From Chrysomallon squamiferum (lineage: Eukaryota > Animalia > Mollusca): DNA of 64,000 nucleotides. This document shows positions 1 to 43,409 of this stretch, piece after piece. Position 1 is the first letter of the stretch, and every line of letters begins with the position of its first letter. Location of the stretch: positions 22,506,001 to 22,570,000 of the forward strand of contig CM022679.1 of NCBI GenBank assembly GCA_012295275.1. The letters are read 5' to 3'. The notes below the pieces were generated by a model. That model worked only from the letters and a program-made list of their open reading frames with translations. It made no database searches and was not told the DNA's origin. The position numbers were made by a program, and so were the translations under genes.

Positions 1-17641
<17,641 letters not shown>

Positions 17642-18403
17642 TGTAAGTTAACATTTTGAATTTTTAGTGAGAAAGAATTTAACATATTTAACTCAGGGCC
17701 AGAACTACTAGATTGTCCTATTTCTGAAAATGATGACTGAAACAATCAAAGAAGTGTTTATTTTATGATTTCTGTTTCATCCGTATACTGTAGCAAACGA
17801 TCGTTATACATAAAACAAATTCTGTGAAAACTAATTATACTAATGTAACATTATGAACATTGCGTAACAAAAGGTAATACTTAGAGAAACACATTAACTT
17901 AACAAGTTTTATGAATAAGTGCATCGTATATTAAACCAGATTCTTGCAATGTGCGACAAGATGTTTTTAACAGTTACTGTCATTTTTTTTCTTTCTATTT
18001 ACAGATGTTAAAATGTTTGAAGTAGAAGAAAACACATGCTCTCAGTGGAGACATGAATGTCTTAAAGTGTTTTTCTTTATTTTTCTCTCAGCTAAGGCTG
18101 ATATTGGAGAGATAAATAAAATAATAAAAAAGAAAATGAATTTTTACGTTTCTGTATTTTTTATATACTGCTGGTACTGACACTATTATTAGTCATTCAT
18201 TATAAGCAGTCTTCTCTCTGACTTTATTTGTCTTTGTGTCTTTCTGTCTTTCTGTCTGTCAGTATCGAGTTCTTGTAACACACATTCTCTCTGAAATTTT
18301 TGAACGATCAGTGGCCTTTCGTGAGTCGAAAATCGATAATCATAAATTTGCATTTATTTTACTTTATATATATATACATACACACACTCACACACACACA
18401 CAC

Positions 18404-18509
<106 letters not shown>

Positions 18510-19100
18510 TGTACGTGTGTATCTGCCACATGTTACTTTTAATTGCCCTTGGCTGTAGCGAAGCTGCACATGTCTCATGAAATCACACTTTAACTCCATC
18601 ACGAGATCTGGTAATTTCAATAGGCTGATAATATCAAAGGTACCAGTTTGAAAACATTCTCCATATTGCCATGCCAAACTGATTCCTTCTTAAACGTGTT
18701 TTTTTTTGTGTGTGTTTTTAAAATAACTTAATGATTTTGGAGAAGATCAGCTGACGGTGGTTTATCGGAGGAGTTTGACACGTATGATCTCTCTCCCAAA
18801 TCAGAGAGCTGAGGCTGGTATAACCAGATGAATATATTTCTATTTAAATAGCAACGAAGAGTTTTCAAACACTTTTGGTGCTATAAATGTGATTGCGGGG
18901 AATCATGGGTCAGTATAAACATGTTTGACTCTGTCAACAACTGTATTCATGCAATTAATGATGTTTTTAAAATGTTAGTGTTAAGAAAAAAAAGGAAAAA
19001 AATATTAAATGTTATAATTAAATATCATTTAAAAAATAAATTTTATAAATGAAGTCGGTAGTTAAAGAAATATGACCGTCACTGGGCTATTCTTATTGAA

Positions 19101-19139
<39 letters not shown>

Positions 19140-19376
19140 GGTGGGTAGGTGTGGGGGTGTGGGTGTGTTTAAAACGGTAAAATAGTCAAATAGGTTTACT
19201 TAAACACTAAAGATTACACTCATCATCATCATTATTATTATTGTTATTATAAGGTAACATTAACGAAAAATCTGTGCTATCAAGAACACACATGCATAGT
19301 GCAATTATGACGGAATAATTCAGCTTAGTTCAAACGAGTTTAATCGAATTGTTACTACACACACACAGAGAGAGAG

Positions 19377-19465
<89 letters not shown>

Positions 19466-19489
19466 CACGAATATTATTATTAACACAAC

Positions 19490-19620
19490 AGGTGCTTTAG
19501 TCCTAGTATTTTACAACAGTATGTTAATGTTTCGTGTATAAGGATATCTAGGTCAAGCTTTTCTTTTCGATAGAAAGCTTTTTGTTTGTCGGGATAAGTA
19601 ATGGGTTATAACACACGCAC
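19490..19620 (+). repeat. ~130-bp inverted repeat, left copy (partner 23579-23707)
   Basis: AGGTGCTTTAGTCCTAGTA..TATAAGGATATCTAGGTCAA..TTTTCGATAGAAAGCTTTTTG..ATGGGTTATAACACAC is the reverse complement of 23579-23707 with scattered mismatches. Confidence 0.92.
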
Positions 19621-20727
19621 GCACACATATACACCCCGCACACTCATATACATACATATACATACATCTACACACGAACATACATACATACATACGGACA
19701 CTTATATAGATAAGATGAAAGGTATATTTGACAAGAATAGTAAGAGTGAAACCTGTAGAGGTGTAAATACTGATGAAAAAATGAATTGTTGTAGTAAAAT
19801 CACTGATGCATGCAAAAGCTGGAAGGCTTATGACTGTTGTCCAAATATTATCTTCACTTTTCCATTGCTTTATCTGGATTTAAGATCTTTGTCGAAATAA
19901 TGGATATGGAAACAAATACACAGTTTGCTGCATTTGCTTTTCACATCACAGCCTATCAGCTTCTGCATTTTCATGAGAAAACATTTACTGAAATGTTTTA
20001 TCCACAAGAACCACACCAATTCAACTGTCTCTTGAACAGAAATTATAACTTTACCATTCTACTCAAAATTACAACAAATACAATAAAGTACAGAGGGATT
20101 CTTGATGCTATTCCTGAAAAATCGTTTAATAATTATTAATTATGTGTAGAAAAAATAAACAGAGTTAAAAATGGTTTTGAATTATATCTAAAATTAACTT
20201 CAATTAAAATTAATTAAAATTAAGTCCACATGTAAATTTTTAATATAATAATGATCCAAACTGAATTTATTTCGACTGTAAACATTATATTCAACTACTA
20301 TGTATATTGATTTAATTTGATAATTAGCAGAATTAGTCTAAACGATTAATGTTAACATAATTATTTATTATATGCATGAATAAAAGAAGACACTTGGGTA
20401 TAAACAAAAAAAAAAATAAAAAAAAAATAATAATAATAATAATAAATAAAAAAAAAAAAAAAAAAAATTATTAAATTTTGCTGCATTCAGTAATTTATCT
20501 AACTAGGTAGATTTGTGGACGTATTTTCCTTTTAGTACACATTTCATATCAGCGAAACAGAACTTTGGTTTATTTTATTAATCATTTGCTAAATGTTTGG
20601 AACACTTCTTCAGTTAAAATTAATATTAATTTAAGTATCATATCATTAACCCTTCACAGTTTGAATTTACATATATTTTAATATATTTAATAAGGTAAAT
20701 ATTCTTTTATTATTATTATTATTATTA

Positions 20728-20774
<47 letters not shown>

Positions 20775-21345
20775 GTTGTTGTTGTTGTTGTTTTGTTTCA
20801 TTTCGATTTTTCTTCTGTTTTTTTCTTTTTTACGGTTTTGCTTCATTTCTATCACTTTATGTTATCATTTTTAATGAAATATTAAATTTTCTTAATACTT
20901 ATTTTACTTTCTTCATATTTAGTTAATATCTTTTATAATATTTATAATATTTAATTTGGATATATACTAATATTTAGGAATGATCCTAATATTTAACTTT
21001 GATAATCATCTATATTTATGAGCTTGTAGAGTGTTTATGCAAAATTACTGTGGAGATTCAATTAATAGATTAATTAACATGGTTAATTTTCTTTATTAGT
21101 CAGTATGTCATAAAGCACAGACATTTTGCAGAATAAAAAATATCAAGTTAAAACACCGGCAGCATACACGACAGCCCAGTCAAGTTTGCTGTTATATTTT
21201 GAAACCCAGATTAAAGTACGAATATGCCCTAGCACACATCCAAAGATACCTACATACTGTTTCACATACATACATACATACATACACACATACATTCACA
21301 AACATTTTAACAAGTAATGGAAAATAGAGTGTTTATTAAAAGTAT

Positions 21346-21392
<47 letters not shown>

Positions 21393-21568
21393 CTTTTACT
21401 ATGTAGTAACAAGCAAAACTGCATTTTCAGTATTATAAATTCTAAAATATATTTGCGGCTTGCTGTGTTTTCAATCAGTATCGTCGTATGTTGTATTCAG
21501 AAGACTGCGGAAAAATGGGTTGAAAACAACAATCTGTTCCCCCTACCTAGTCAAAAATAGACCATTCC

Positions 21569-21741
21569 AGCCAATCGCAAATCTCTTGCGGTTAACCGTA
21601 GCCAATAACATTTTACCAAACTGTAAACAGCAGTCAACCAATGATGTTCCGCACTCAGTCAGTCTATATCAGCTGATAGCTGGGTGTCAATGTTGGAGCA
21701 GAAAGCAGTGTAAGGGAAATAACTTTCCATTCAGCTTTGAA
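21569..21741 (+). promoter_or_regulatory. Candidate NF-Y promoter: three same-orientation CCAAT boxes
   Basis: AGCCAATC (CCAAT at 21571), AGCCAATA (21602) and AACCAATG (21638), spaced 31 and 36 bp in a locally GC-richer patch; TTTGAA at 21736; GTAAGG donor-like site at 21710. Confidence 0.35.
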
Positions 21742-22052
21742 ATGCTCTTAAGATAAATGTTCATGATCTTTGGACTCTGCAAATGATTTTATTCGATATG
21801 CTTTTTCATTAAAATCTTTTGTTTTACAGATTATATATTTTTTTTAAATTGTTAAACACTTTTGTAGAAAATACAAAACAGATATAAACATAATTTATTA
21901 TACGCATATACATTCGCAGACACGCATATATTTTTGACATAACCCGCATAGAAGTTTATAACATCGTTTCCGAGTTTAGACTCGTTATAAATATTTGATT
22001 CACTTTCTTTGTAATGTTTAAAGACACACGTGGTCTATTCTGTAATATGTAC

Positions 22053-22107
<55 letters not shown>

Positions 22108-22426
22108 AGATAACCTTTATATATAAACAAAATTCATGCAAGTTTTCAGTTTTAAATATAAACATCAAACCAAAAATAAATGGATGGACTAATTGTACAT
22201 GGACCCGTTTAATTATATATCAAACAAGAAAACAAGAAATAATTAGGGATATTTTTTAATTCATTTTCATTTTTATTTGTATTTATTATAATTTTTTAAT
22301 TAACATTACATTTTTAAATATATTCTTTATTTTTATTTTTAGATCATTGTAAATAGATAAAGATATTTGTAGAAAATACTAATGAAAGTACGAAAAAAGT
22401 CAATTAAGTGAAAAAGATTTTCGTCA

Positions 22427-23086
22427 TTAAACCACACTGCACTCAGGTAGTACTGTAATATTGTACTTATAAAGAATGTTACAAATAGCCCAATTGGTGT
22501 TTTTCCTAGGTGACCAGAAATCGAATTCCACAGGCAACCATGAACGCTGTAAATTGAGTAAAGTTCTTAACTCTGCCCAGTCGTAATAACCAAATACAGT
22601 CAGCCGTACAAAACGAGTTAATTGCAGTAGACCTTTGATATTAGTCTCGTGCATCTCCAGCTTGAAATGATCCTTATAACCATCAGGTTTTTGTGCATTC
22701 CAGGATATCTTGTACAACCCAGCAAACCTTATTGTGATATGCACAGTGATTCCTTTCTTTTTCGTGCTCTTGACAACGTTAGTTATGACGTCACAACATT
22801 TCCCACACGGGCTGTAATTCTGGAAAACTCTGATAGTTATGTCACGCCATTCAGACCGTTCTATGAATTCTTCCCATGAGTGCACCATGAACTTTTCAGC
22901 GTGGTCACATGCCCCAGTGCTGCAAAACCATCTGAAACCAGCTCCCACTACGCGAGAAACCACAATACAGAAACCAGGCGGCGGCACAGCATCCAGACCT
23001 GTTGTATACATAATACTGGAAATGAAATAACTAGATTCAAAACTGAGACGTCTCATTCCCAACAACTGGACTAACAATGGCTTCAT
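22427..23086 (-). CDS. AID/APOBEC-like zinc-dependent cytidine deaminase (invertebrate type), 219 aa, intronless
   Basis: Catalytic HAE (CDHAEKFM) and NYSPCGKC (SPCxxC), followed by APOBEC-typical ITIRFAGLY, NIKGLLQL and VRLTVFGYYDW in the expected order; ORF uninterrupted. Confidence 0.9.
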   Translation of the reverse strand: MKPLLVQLLGMRRLSFESSYFISSIMYTTGLDAVPPPGFCIVVSRVVGAGFRWFCSTGACDHAEKFMVHSWEEFIERSEWRDITIRVFQNYSPCGKCCDVITNVVKSTKKKGITVHITIRFAGLYKISWNAQKPDGYKDHFKLEMHETNIKGLLQLTRFVRLTVFGYYDWAELRTLLNLQRSWLPVEFDFWSPRKNTNWAICNILYKYNITVLPECSVV

Positions 23087-23578
23087 TATTTGTTTTAAAT
23101 CTTCCTTTTCTTCCGCTTTTTTCTTTATTGTTGTGTTGTTGCTCTTTTAATAAGTTCTTTTTTTTCCTTTTTGTTTTTTGTGTCTTCTTTTCTTCCTTCT
23201 TTCCACAGTTCTTATTTTTTCTTTTCTTTTTCTATTCCTAAACCTGCTGAGGGTTTTTGATAGATATTAAAAAATCCAGAGAGTAATTGACCGGTAGATC
23301 GGATAATTTTGTCAAATGCTGAAGGAGAAAAAGAACAGGAGAACGTCTGTCGAACATTTGGATAAAATAATAGTTACATACTCTATCAGTATTATTATCA
23401 GTTACTTGCTATCCTTTTGTTCCAGTTAATGCATTAATCTTAAACTACAACAATCGATGTCTTTATTAAATTCAGACATCCAGAGTATACGTAGCAATTC
23501 CCTTGTTTATTATTATTAACTGTTTTAATTAAATAATTAATACTGTTACAGCGTTGTGAAAAATGGGTCGTTAATGTT

Positions 23579-23707
23579 TTGTGTGTGTGTTATAACCCAT
23601 TAATTATCCCGTCAAAAAGCTTTCTATCGAAAAGAAAAGATTGACCTAGATATCCTTATACCGGAAACACTAACAAGCTGTTGTAAACTACTAGGACTAA
23701 AGCACCT
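23579..23707 (-). repeat. ~130-bp inverted repeat, right copy (partner 19490-19620)
   Basis: Reverse complement of 19490-19620. Confidence 0.92.
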
Positions 23708-24460
23708 TTTATGATATTAATTTGCATTTGCATTATTTACTGTTAACTTAATCTTCTGGAACTAACAATTTTAGATTACTTAATTACATAATTAATCAAA
23801 TTTAGTTTAGAATAATTTAGTAAGGAACAAACCCCCCCCCCCAAATACGAAGAAACAGAACACTGTCAATCGTGTATATTAAATGAGTGTGACATGCAAA
23901 TAAGACAGCAGAACAAGTTTCTACTAATGCTGCAGCTATCGCTTTTTTACAATAGTCATAATAGTCGGTAATAATAATTAATAGTGATAGTGTAACAGAG
24001 ATACCTCTACTACTATCACGACTAATAGTTGTAGTAGTAGTGATGGTGGGAATATTTTTAGTAATATATGCAGCGGTAGCAGAAGTAGTTATGAAATAGT
24101 GGTAGCTAGGGATAGTAATAGTACTAGTTTCAGCATTAATATACTGCTCTTGCAAAATAAATGCTTGACTCCTAACTATGATCTTTTATCCCTCTGGCTC
24201 CAATGATAAAAATTACGAAGCTATCAATCGAATAATTCTAATATTATGAATCTTTTAATATTTAAATTACTTACGCACAACTGCCATTTTAAAGAAATCT
24301 CGATTTGTATGGGCCCATTCTGAAGCGAGTTTATCTCTGACAAAGCTTATTTAATAATATATTATGTGTTGCAGATATGCATCTAATGTTTTTCATACTT
24401 CTGCAAAGTATATTTACACTGATATGTGAAGCCAATGTTTGTAAAATCAACTGAAAAGAA

Positions 24461-25727
24461 ATGATAATCCTGTCTGTTTCAGATTTTGGCGAGGGAAATG
24501 ACAAAACTGTCTGCGGTAGAATTGTGCACAACAGAGAAATCACGAGCAAAGAAGGAAAACCATACACACTAATTAAACTTAAACACAGAAAGCATGGTAT
24601 TCTAGAAGCAACGGCTCACGGTCATCGTGCCATGCATATCGCTAGATCTTTGGAAAGAGGATGGAGCTATATTTTACGACATGTAACTGTTATACCTGTT
24701 CCAGAAAAGTTCAGATCCGAGAATTCAAATAAATTAGAAATATATATAAAAGATGAAACAACAGTTGTTTGTAATACCAACGAAGGTATAGAACATGATA
24801 ATATAGTGTATAAATCAATCGCAACAATCAAAAAAGAGAAAGAAAATTCCAAAGTAAACCTTAGGGCGTACATTGCAAATGTCTCTGATGTTTCTGAGAC
24901 ACCTAAACAAGCATTAAGAATTCAGTTTCTTGACCTTGTTGATAAAAGTTGTCATAAAATACGCATTGCTCTATTCTCAGGAAATATAGACAGATTTGAA
25001 GTTGGAGAGAAGTTAGAAATACAAAATACAACTGAAGAGATTCAAGAGTGAATTGTATCTAGACATATCTTCTAAAACTGAAATAAGTGTCTTGCAAGAT
25101 GAAGAGATGGATGTGAGTAAAGCTTTCAGATTTGAAGGAAAAATCGACGAAATCGCTGTCGAAAACTGTAGCACAAGAGCCTGCCAACATAAGAACTGTG
25201 ATGGTCGTTTGAGAAATCAAGGAAAAAATAAACATGCGTGTATGAAATGTCATCGAATATATGACATCTTGCCCCATGGCTACAAACTTTTGCTCACGCT
25301 GAAAGTATCTGACGATGAGTGTGAAGTTGTTGGTTTTGACAGTATTGGAGTAAAACTTTTTAAATGTAGATGGGAGACTTTTGACAAAACCAATGACACG
25401 AGACGGAAGGAGATGAAGGATTCTGTATGTAAACCCAACTTTGACATCGAGTGCAAATATAATAAGAAAGGACAGTTTCAAGTACTTGATATAGAAGAAG
25501 TGGAAAATGAATCACTTGAAGAGGACGAGGACGATGATGATGGTGGCGATGACGACAATGATGATGATGACGATGGTGGCGATAACGATGATGAAGATGG
25601 CGATGATGTTAATGGTGAAGATGAATCACTGGAGAAAAGAATTTATAGGAAACACAAACTTACACAGAGGAATTCAGACGAACCAAAAAGAATGAAACGA
25701 AGTCTCAGTACTGATGCAGATGCATAA
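24461..25727 (+). pseudogene. RPA70 (RPA1)-like ssDNA-binding protein: three OB folds, C4 zinc ribbon, acidic tail; single frameshift at ~25034 (pseudogene or assembly error)
   Basis: OB strands (VNLRAYIANVSD..FLDLVDKSCHKIRIALF). ACQHKNCDGRL..HACMKC..GYKLLLTLKVSD..VVGFDSIGVKLF parallels RPA70 DBD-C. CAA AAT ACA ACT G AAG AGA TTC is 2 nt shorter than the paralogue at ~51440 (QNAAVNRFKGE), and restoring the frame joins the two track ORFs. Probable phase-1 splice acceptor TTTCAG at 24477-24482. Confidence 0.82.
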
Positions 25728-25754
25728 CTATGATATCTACAGAGACATGATCAG

Positions 25755-26635
25755 TACATTTAATGTAGTCGTGTATAATCCACTATTTAGTGAAGAAGAA
25801 CAACAAGTGGCGAAAATGCTGATTTTATATTTTGATTTTTATCGTATAGCGATTATGGTGCTGAAAATAACAGTAATAATAATAAATTAATAATGTAGAA
25901 GTAGAAGTAGTAAGAGTAGCAGTAGTAATAGTACTGATGCTGGTGATGGTGCTGTTAATTCCTAACTAGCGAATATTATAGTGATAGATAATGATGCTAT
26001 TTCTAATCTTCGTGTTTCATTTTTCACACTTCAGTTGAGAAAATGCTTTCACTTAAAATGCACTTACAGTGATTTGAATAAATGACCTAATAGAAATATT
26101 TTTATTTACAAGCTATTTTTTTATTTGTTTGTTTGTTTGTGTGTTTGTTTGTTTATTTATTTATTTATTCATATGCATTCAGCAAAGAAGAAGGACTAAA
26201 TTATGACATGTAATTTTGAAACCTGCTCATGAAAAATTGAAATGATGGATGGTATCTCTCAACTTCGACTAAAACAAAAATAAAGAAATATGAAAGAATG
26301 TTTGCCAATAAAAACTGGATCAGATGATCATGATGACGATGCTGAAGAACCACTAGTGAAGGCATGCATTTCCAGAGACAAAAAATTACCGTGTCTCAGA
26401 ATGATTCAGAAATTCTCAACCAGCTAATAAGAAAGAAAGAAAGACTGAGAACTGATGCGATGCATAATTATAATAGCTATTTGAAAAGGCTCATTCTGGA
26501 ATGTTCACATTATTTATACTACAGAGATTTGGCCACCACAGTTCATGTAGTCGTGTACAATCCACGATTTAGACAAGAATAGTAATAAATAGAAAAGAAC
26601 CTGATTTTGTATCTAACTTTGACTTTGTCGTAAAG

Positions 26636-26684
<49 letters not shown>

Positions 26685-26895
26685 TCAACAACAACAATAA
26701 TAATCATGCAGATAAGTAACTAAATAAATGAGAATAAAAACTTATAATAACAATAAAAAAAGAAATAAATTAAATAATAACGAAATCTAATAATAAACAA
26801 TGGAAGGAAGGAAATAAATAAATAAATATGTAAATAAATAAACAAATAACATATGCTATAAAATAATCGATGCAAACTATTAAATGCGAAGATCC

Positions 26896-26962
<67 letters not shown>

Positions 26963-27780
26963 TAATTAATACTTTTAAGGATTTATGTCAGAAAGTCGTT
27001 CCAGTCGATGATGTTAATTTTCACTAACTTGCAAAGCAGCAGGACGTTTAATACTAGAATCAGATATTAATAGTGGGGGAAAACCCATAATGTGACCTCG
27101 ATGGCCTGGAAGATAGAAACGCTTCATGTCGTGACTATAAGATGATGTGCGATGCTTGTTAGTCATTGGTCAATACTAGATGTCAATCATGTATGGAGGA
27201 GGAGTCAATTCCTTTTTTCTAACTCTTCTATGGAAATTTACTGAGAAGAAGAAGAGCAACAGAAATTCGGAGAAAATAATATTTACTTCATTTATCTCCA
27301 TGATTTAAATAACCTTGCGGTCTTTTTGTTGCAATTAGTGCATTAATATTTTCCATAAAACAATCGACGAAAACTATTTAATTCACACATTCCCAGCATC
27401 AGTAGATGCTTCAGTTCCCTGCTTTATTGCTGCCCAGTTAGAATTCCGAGACAACAATGTCAAAATGTGCAACAATTGGAACTTTCATTGTGTTGATCAG
27501 AATACTTCGTTTTAGACCAGAATAGCAACAAGTAACTTTGATTTTGCTGTAAAATGATGATGACGACGATGTTAAACGAATGAATAAATAAATATTAAAC
27601 AACAACAGCAACAACAGCAACAGCAGCAACAACAACAATAATAAATAAATAAATAAATAAATATAAAAATGATAATGAAAATAAATAAAACAAGACAAAT
27701 AACATAATAAATAAATAAATAAATTGATGCCTTAAAACAACTCGTATAAACTTTGAAATGCAGTCATCCTTACCTGCTTT

Positions 27781-27811
<31 letters not shown>

Positions 27812-28522
27812 TCCTTTCAAATTAAATAATATTAATTACTGCTTTACTACGTTACCTTTCCTTCGGAGGTTTTATCTTGCTGATGTAGCCGACATTTATT
27901 TAAATTAGACATTTTGCCATTAAAATCATTCGTAATTGTCTTGTCAATGTCATATTTTCATATCTTTCGGCATATTCTTTTGTTTTATCATTATTTCATT
28001 ATTATAAGCGACTTGAAAATGACTGAGTGCATCTCAAGATCAAATTAGTTATTTTAATCCAGTATTTTTTTTATTGATTTCATGTTGTTGTTATTTATTT
28101 ATTTATTTTCTTTCATTTATTATTTTTATTTCCTATTAATATTAAAAATGTAATGTATTTTTTCCACTTTGGCCCCTAATTACTAAATAAGAAATGATGT
28201 TCATTTATCATTTCTGATTCAGTTTTTAAAATAATAAATAGTAATAAAACGATTTTATTATTTTTTAATGAATCGGCGTTTATTTATTTATTTTTATTTT
28301 ATTTTATTTTTTTTTGGTCTTCGTATTTTTATTTTTATTTCCCTCTTCCTGTTGAGATTCGAACACTGATCAAAATCAAAAGAGACACCTCTATGTCAGT
28401 CACCCCTTTATTGCTTTACCTTGCTCATTCAACCGAATTAAATTGTTGAGACGAAATGGTTTTAAATTTAGCTAGACACAAAGGAGTATATTAACATAAA
28501 TCTTTTTACTGAAATGTTTCTG
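25755..28522 (+). repeat. ~2.8-kb segment duplicated in inverted orientation at 48151-50967
   Basis: Long near-identical reverse-complement matches, e.g. 27150-27570 vs 49110-49520 and 26200-26460 vs 50240-50500. Confidence 0.95.
26320..26635 (+). pseudogene. Diverged duplicate of the RPA-like 3' end (acidic tail, stop region and 3' flank)
   Basis: actgatgc..atgcataa and catgtagtcgtgtacaatccacgatttag match 25710-25790; preceded by Asp codons as in 25590-25630. Confidence 0.65.
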
Positions 28523-29792
28523 AATGTGATAGAAATTAAACAAAACCATGGAGAAAAAGAAAAAAAGAAAAAGAAGAAAAGAAAATGAAAAAGAAAAAAC
28601 AAAAGGGAAAAAAGAGAAGAAGAAAACGATACAAAACAACAAAATAATAATAATAATAAAAATAATAATAACAATAATAGATCAAAACGGAAGAAAAACG
28701 AAACAAACAAAAAACAAAAAAACAAAAACGTTTGAGATATTTATGTGATTATTTGTTTGTATATATGTATGTATGTATGTAGGTATGTATGTATGAATAT
28801 CTGCATAAAACTGCACACATCTATATATTATTAGGGTTGGGTTCCTATTTCCTGTCAATTTTGGATTAACAATCATCTGCATTTTGCCTTCATATCTGTT
28901 TGTTTTAAATATGAAGAAGGAAAAAAAATATATATCTATATTCTGGTGTTATTTTTTTGTATCAAAACAGTAATCTTGGCACTGAAAGAATGATACAACT
29001 GGCTGAACAAAGAATGGAAAATACCGGTGTAATATTTAACATTAAACAATTCAAACTAAATTCTCTGAATTTTCAACTAGTAGTAAAACATTTTAAAAAT
29101 AGAACTTATAGTTGGGGAAAACCATAATCTGACCTTGATGACGTAGAAATTATTATCGCTCCTTCAAGATGGCGTCTCGGACATAAACATTAAACTTTCC
29201 ATAGGTTCACTGACCTATTTTCTTTTCCATTGTAACCACCATTTTACAGTAATTGTACCAGCTGACAAAACTAATAATAAAATCATCGGTTTGTTCTCAA
29301 TAATTAATAAGTATTTTTTAAACACTGTTATTTTATTTATTTTTTTTTTTAAATACAATAAAATAAAATAAAATTAATAATAAATTGAACAGGAAAAAAA
29401 GAGGTGATTATTATTTATGTGGAATTGTTTAAACTTAATATGCAATTCATTTTCATTACTACTGAACAAAGGGAACACTAACTGATAGATGCGTACTAAA
29501 AAATTCACGAGTTATGCTGGTGTTTATGTCGCAGTAAAACTAATTAAAAATTATTAATATTTTAACCTAATTCTGCGAATAACAAAATCAGTGTACCTAG
29601 TAATTGTATATAATACTTATTAAATTAAATTTATATATATAATTTTAATTAATTTTAATTTAATTAATTTTAAATTTAATCAAAACAAAATTATAACTAT
29701 TTATTTTTCTTGAATATAATTAATAGTTATTAAAAGATGTTTCAAGAAATGCATTAAGAATCCTTATGTACTTAATTACAAATATATAAAAC

Positions 29793-29830
<38 letters not shown>

Positions 29831-30273
29831 TTCCAATGATAATATATATATAAAGTAAAATAAATGCAAATTTATGATTATGGGTTTTCGACTCACGAAA
29901 GGCCACTGACCGTTAAAAATTCAATAAGAATGTGTGTTACAAGAACTCAATACTAACAGACATACAGACAGAAAGACACAAAGAAAAATAAAGTCAGAGA
30001 GAAGACTGCTTATAATGAATGAGTAATAAAACCGACAGTAACAGCAGTAAATATATTTCATGAATTAAAAAAAACAACAAAAAAACAACCTTTTTTTTTA
30101 AATATAGAAAAGAAAAATGTATTTATTTATTTATTGTTCTTCTTCTTATTATAATTTGTATCGCTTTCAATATGTATATATATGGGGTAGTGTTAGGAGG
30201 GACATCAAGAAAAATATATTCTTTGCATTTTCAGCAACTCTTTTTTCTGATCCAGTGTCGTGATTCCTTCAAT

Positions 30274-43409
<13,136 letters not shown>

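Noticed and set aside
18005-18180. Coding terminal exon of gene A
   Set aside because: The preceding exon has an in-frame TAA (17639-17641), so this is probably 3' UTR unless that exon is skipped; the gene B counterpart codes only 6 residues.
19601-20139. Overlapping ORFs 19601-19900 and 19837-20139
   Set aside because: No recognisable motif; the first starts in a CA-rich repeat; no paralogue or splice support.
23087-23360. Lys/Glu-rich N-terminal extension of the deaminase
   Set aside because: An in-frame TAA lies ~20 codons upstream of the ATG and the sequence is low-complexity and A-rich; cannot be supported without transcripts.
26364-26582. 72-aa ORF as an independent gene
   Set aside because: Lies in a decayed duplicate of the RPA-like 3' end, and its inverted copy near 50.2 kb has indels.
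22427-28522. Autonomous Helitron or endogenous virus carrying the RPA-like gene and deaminase
   Set aside because: No Rep/HUH, PIF1 helicase, polymerase, capsid or integrase remnants recognised in the window and no clear termini. Not excluded as a distant origin.
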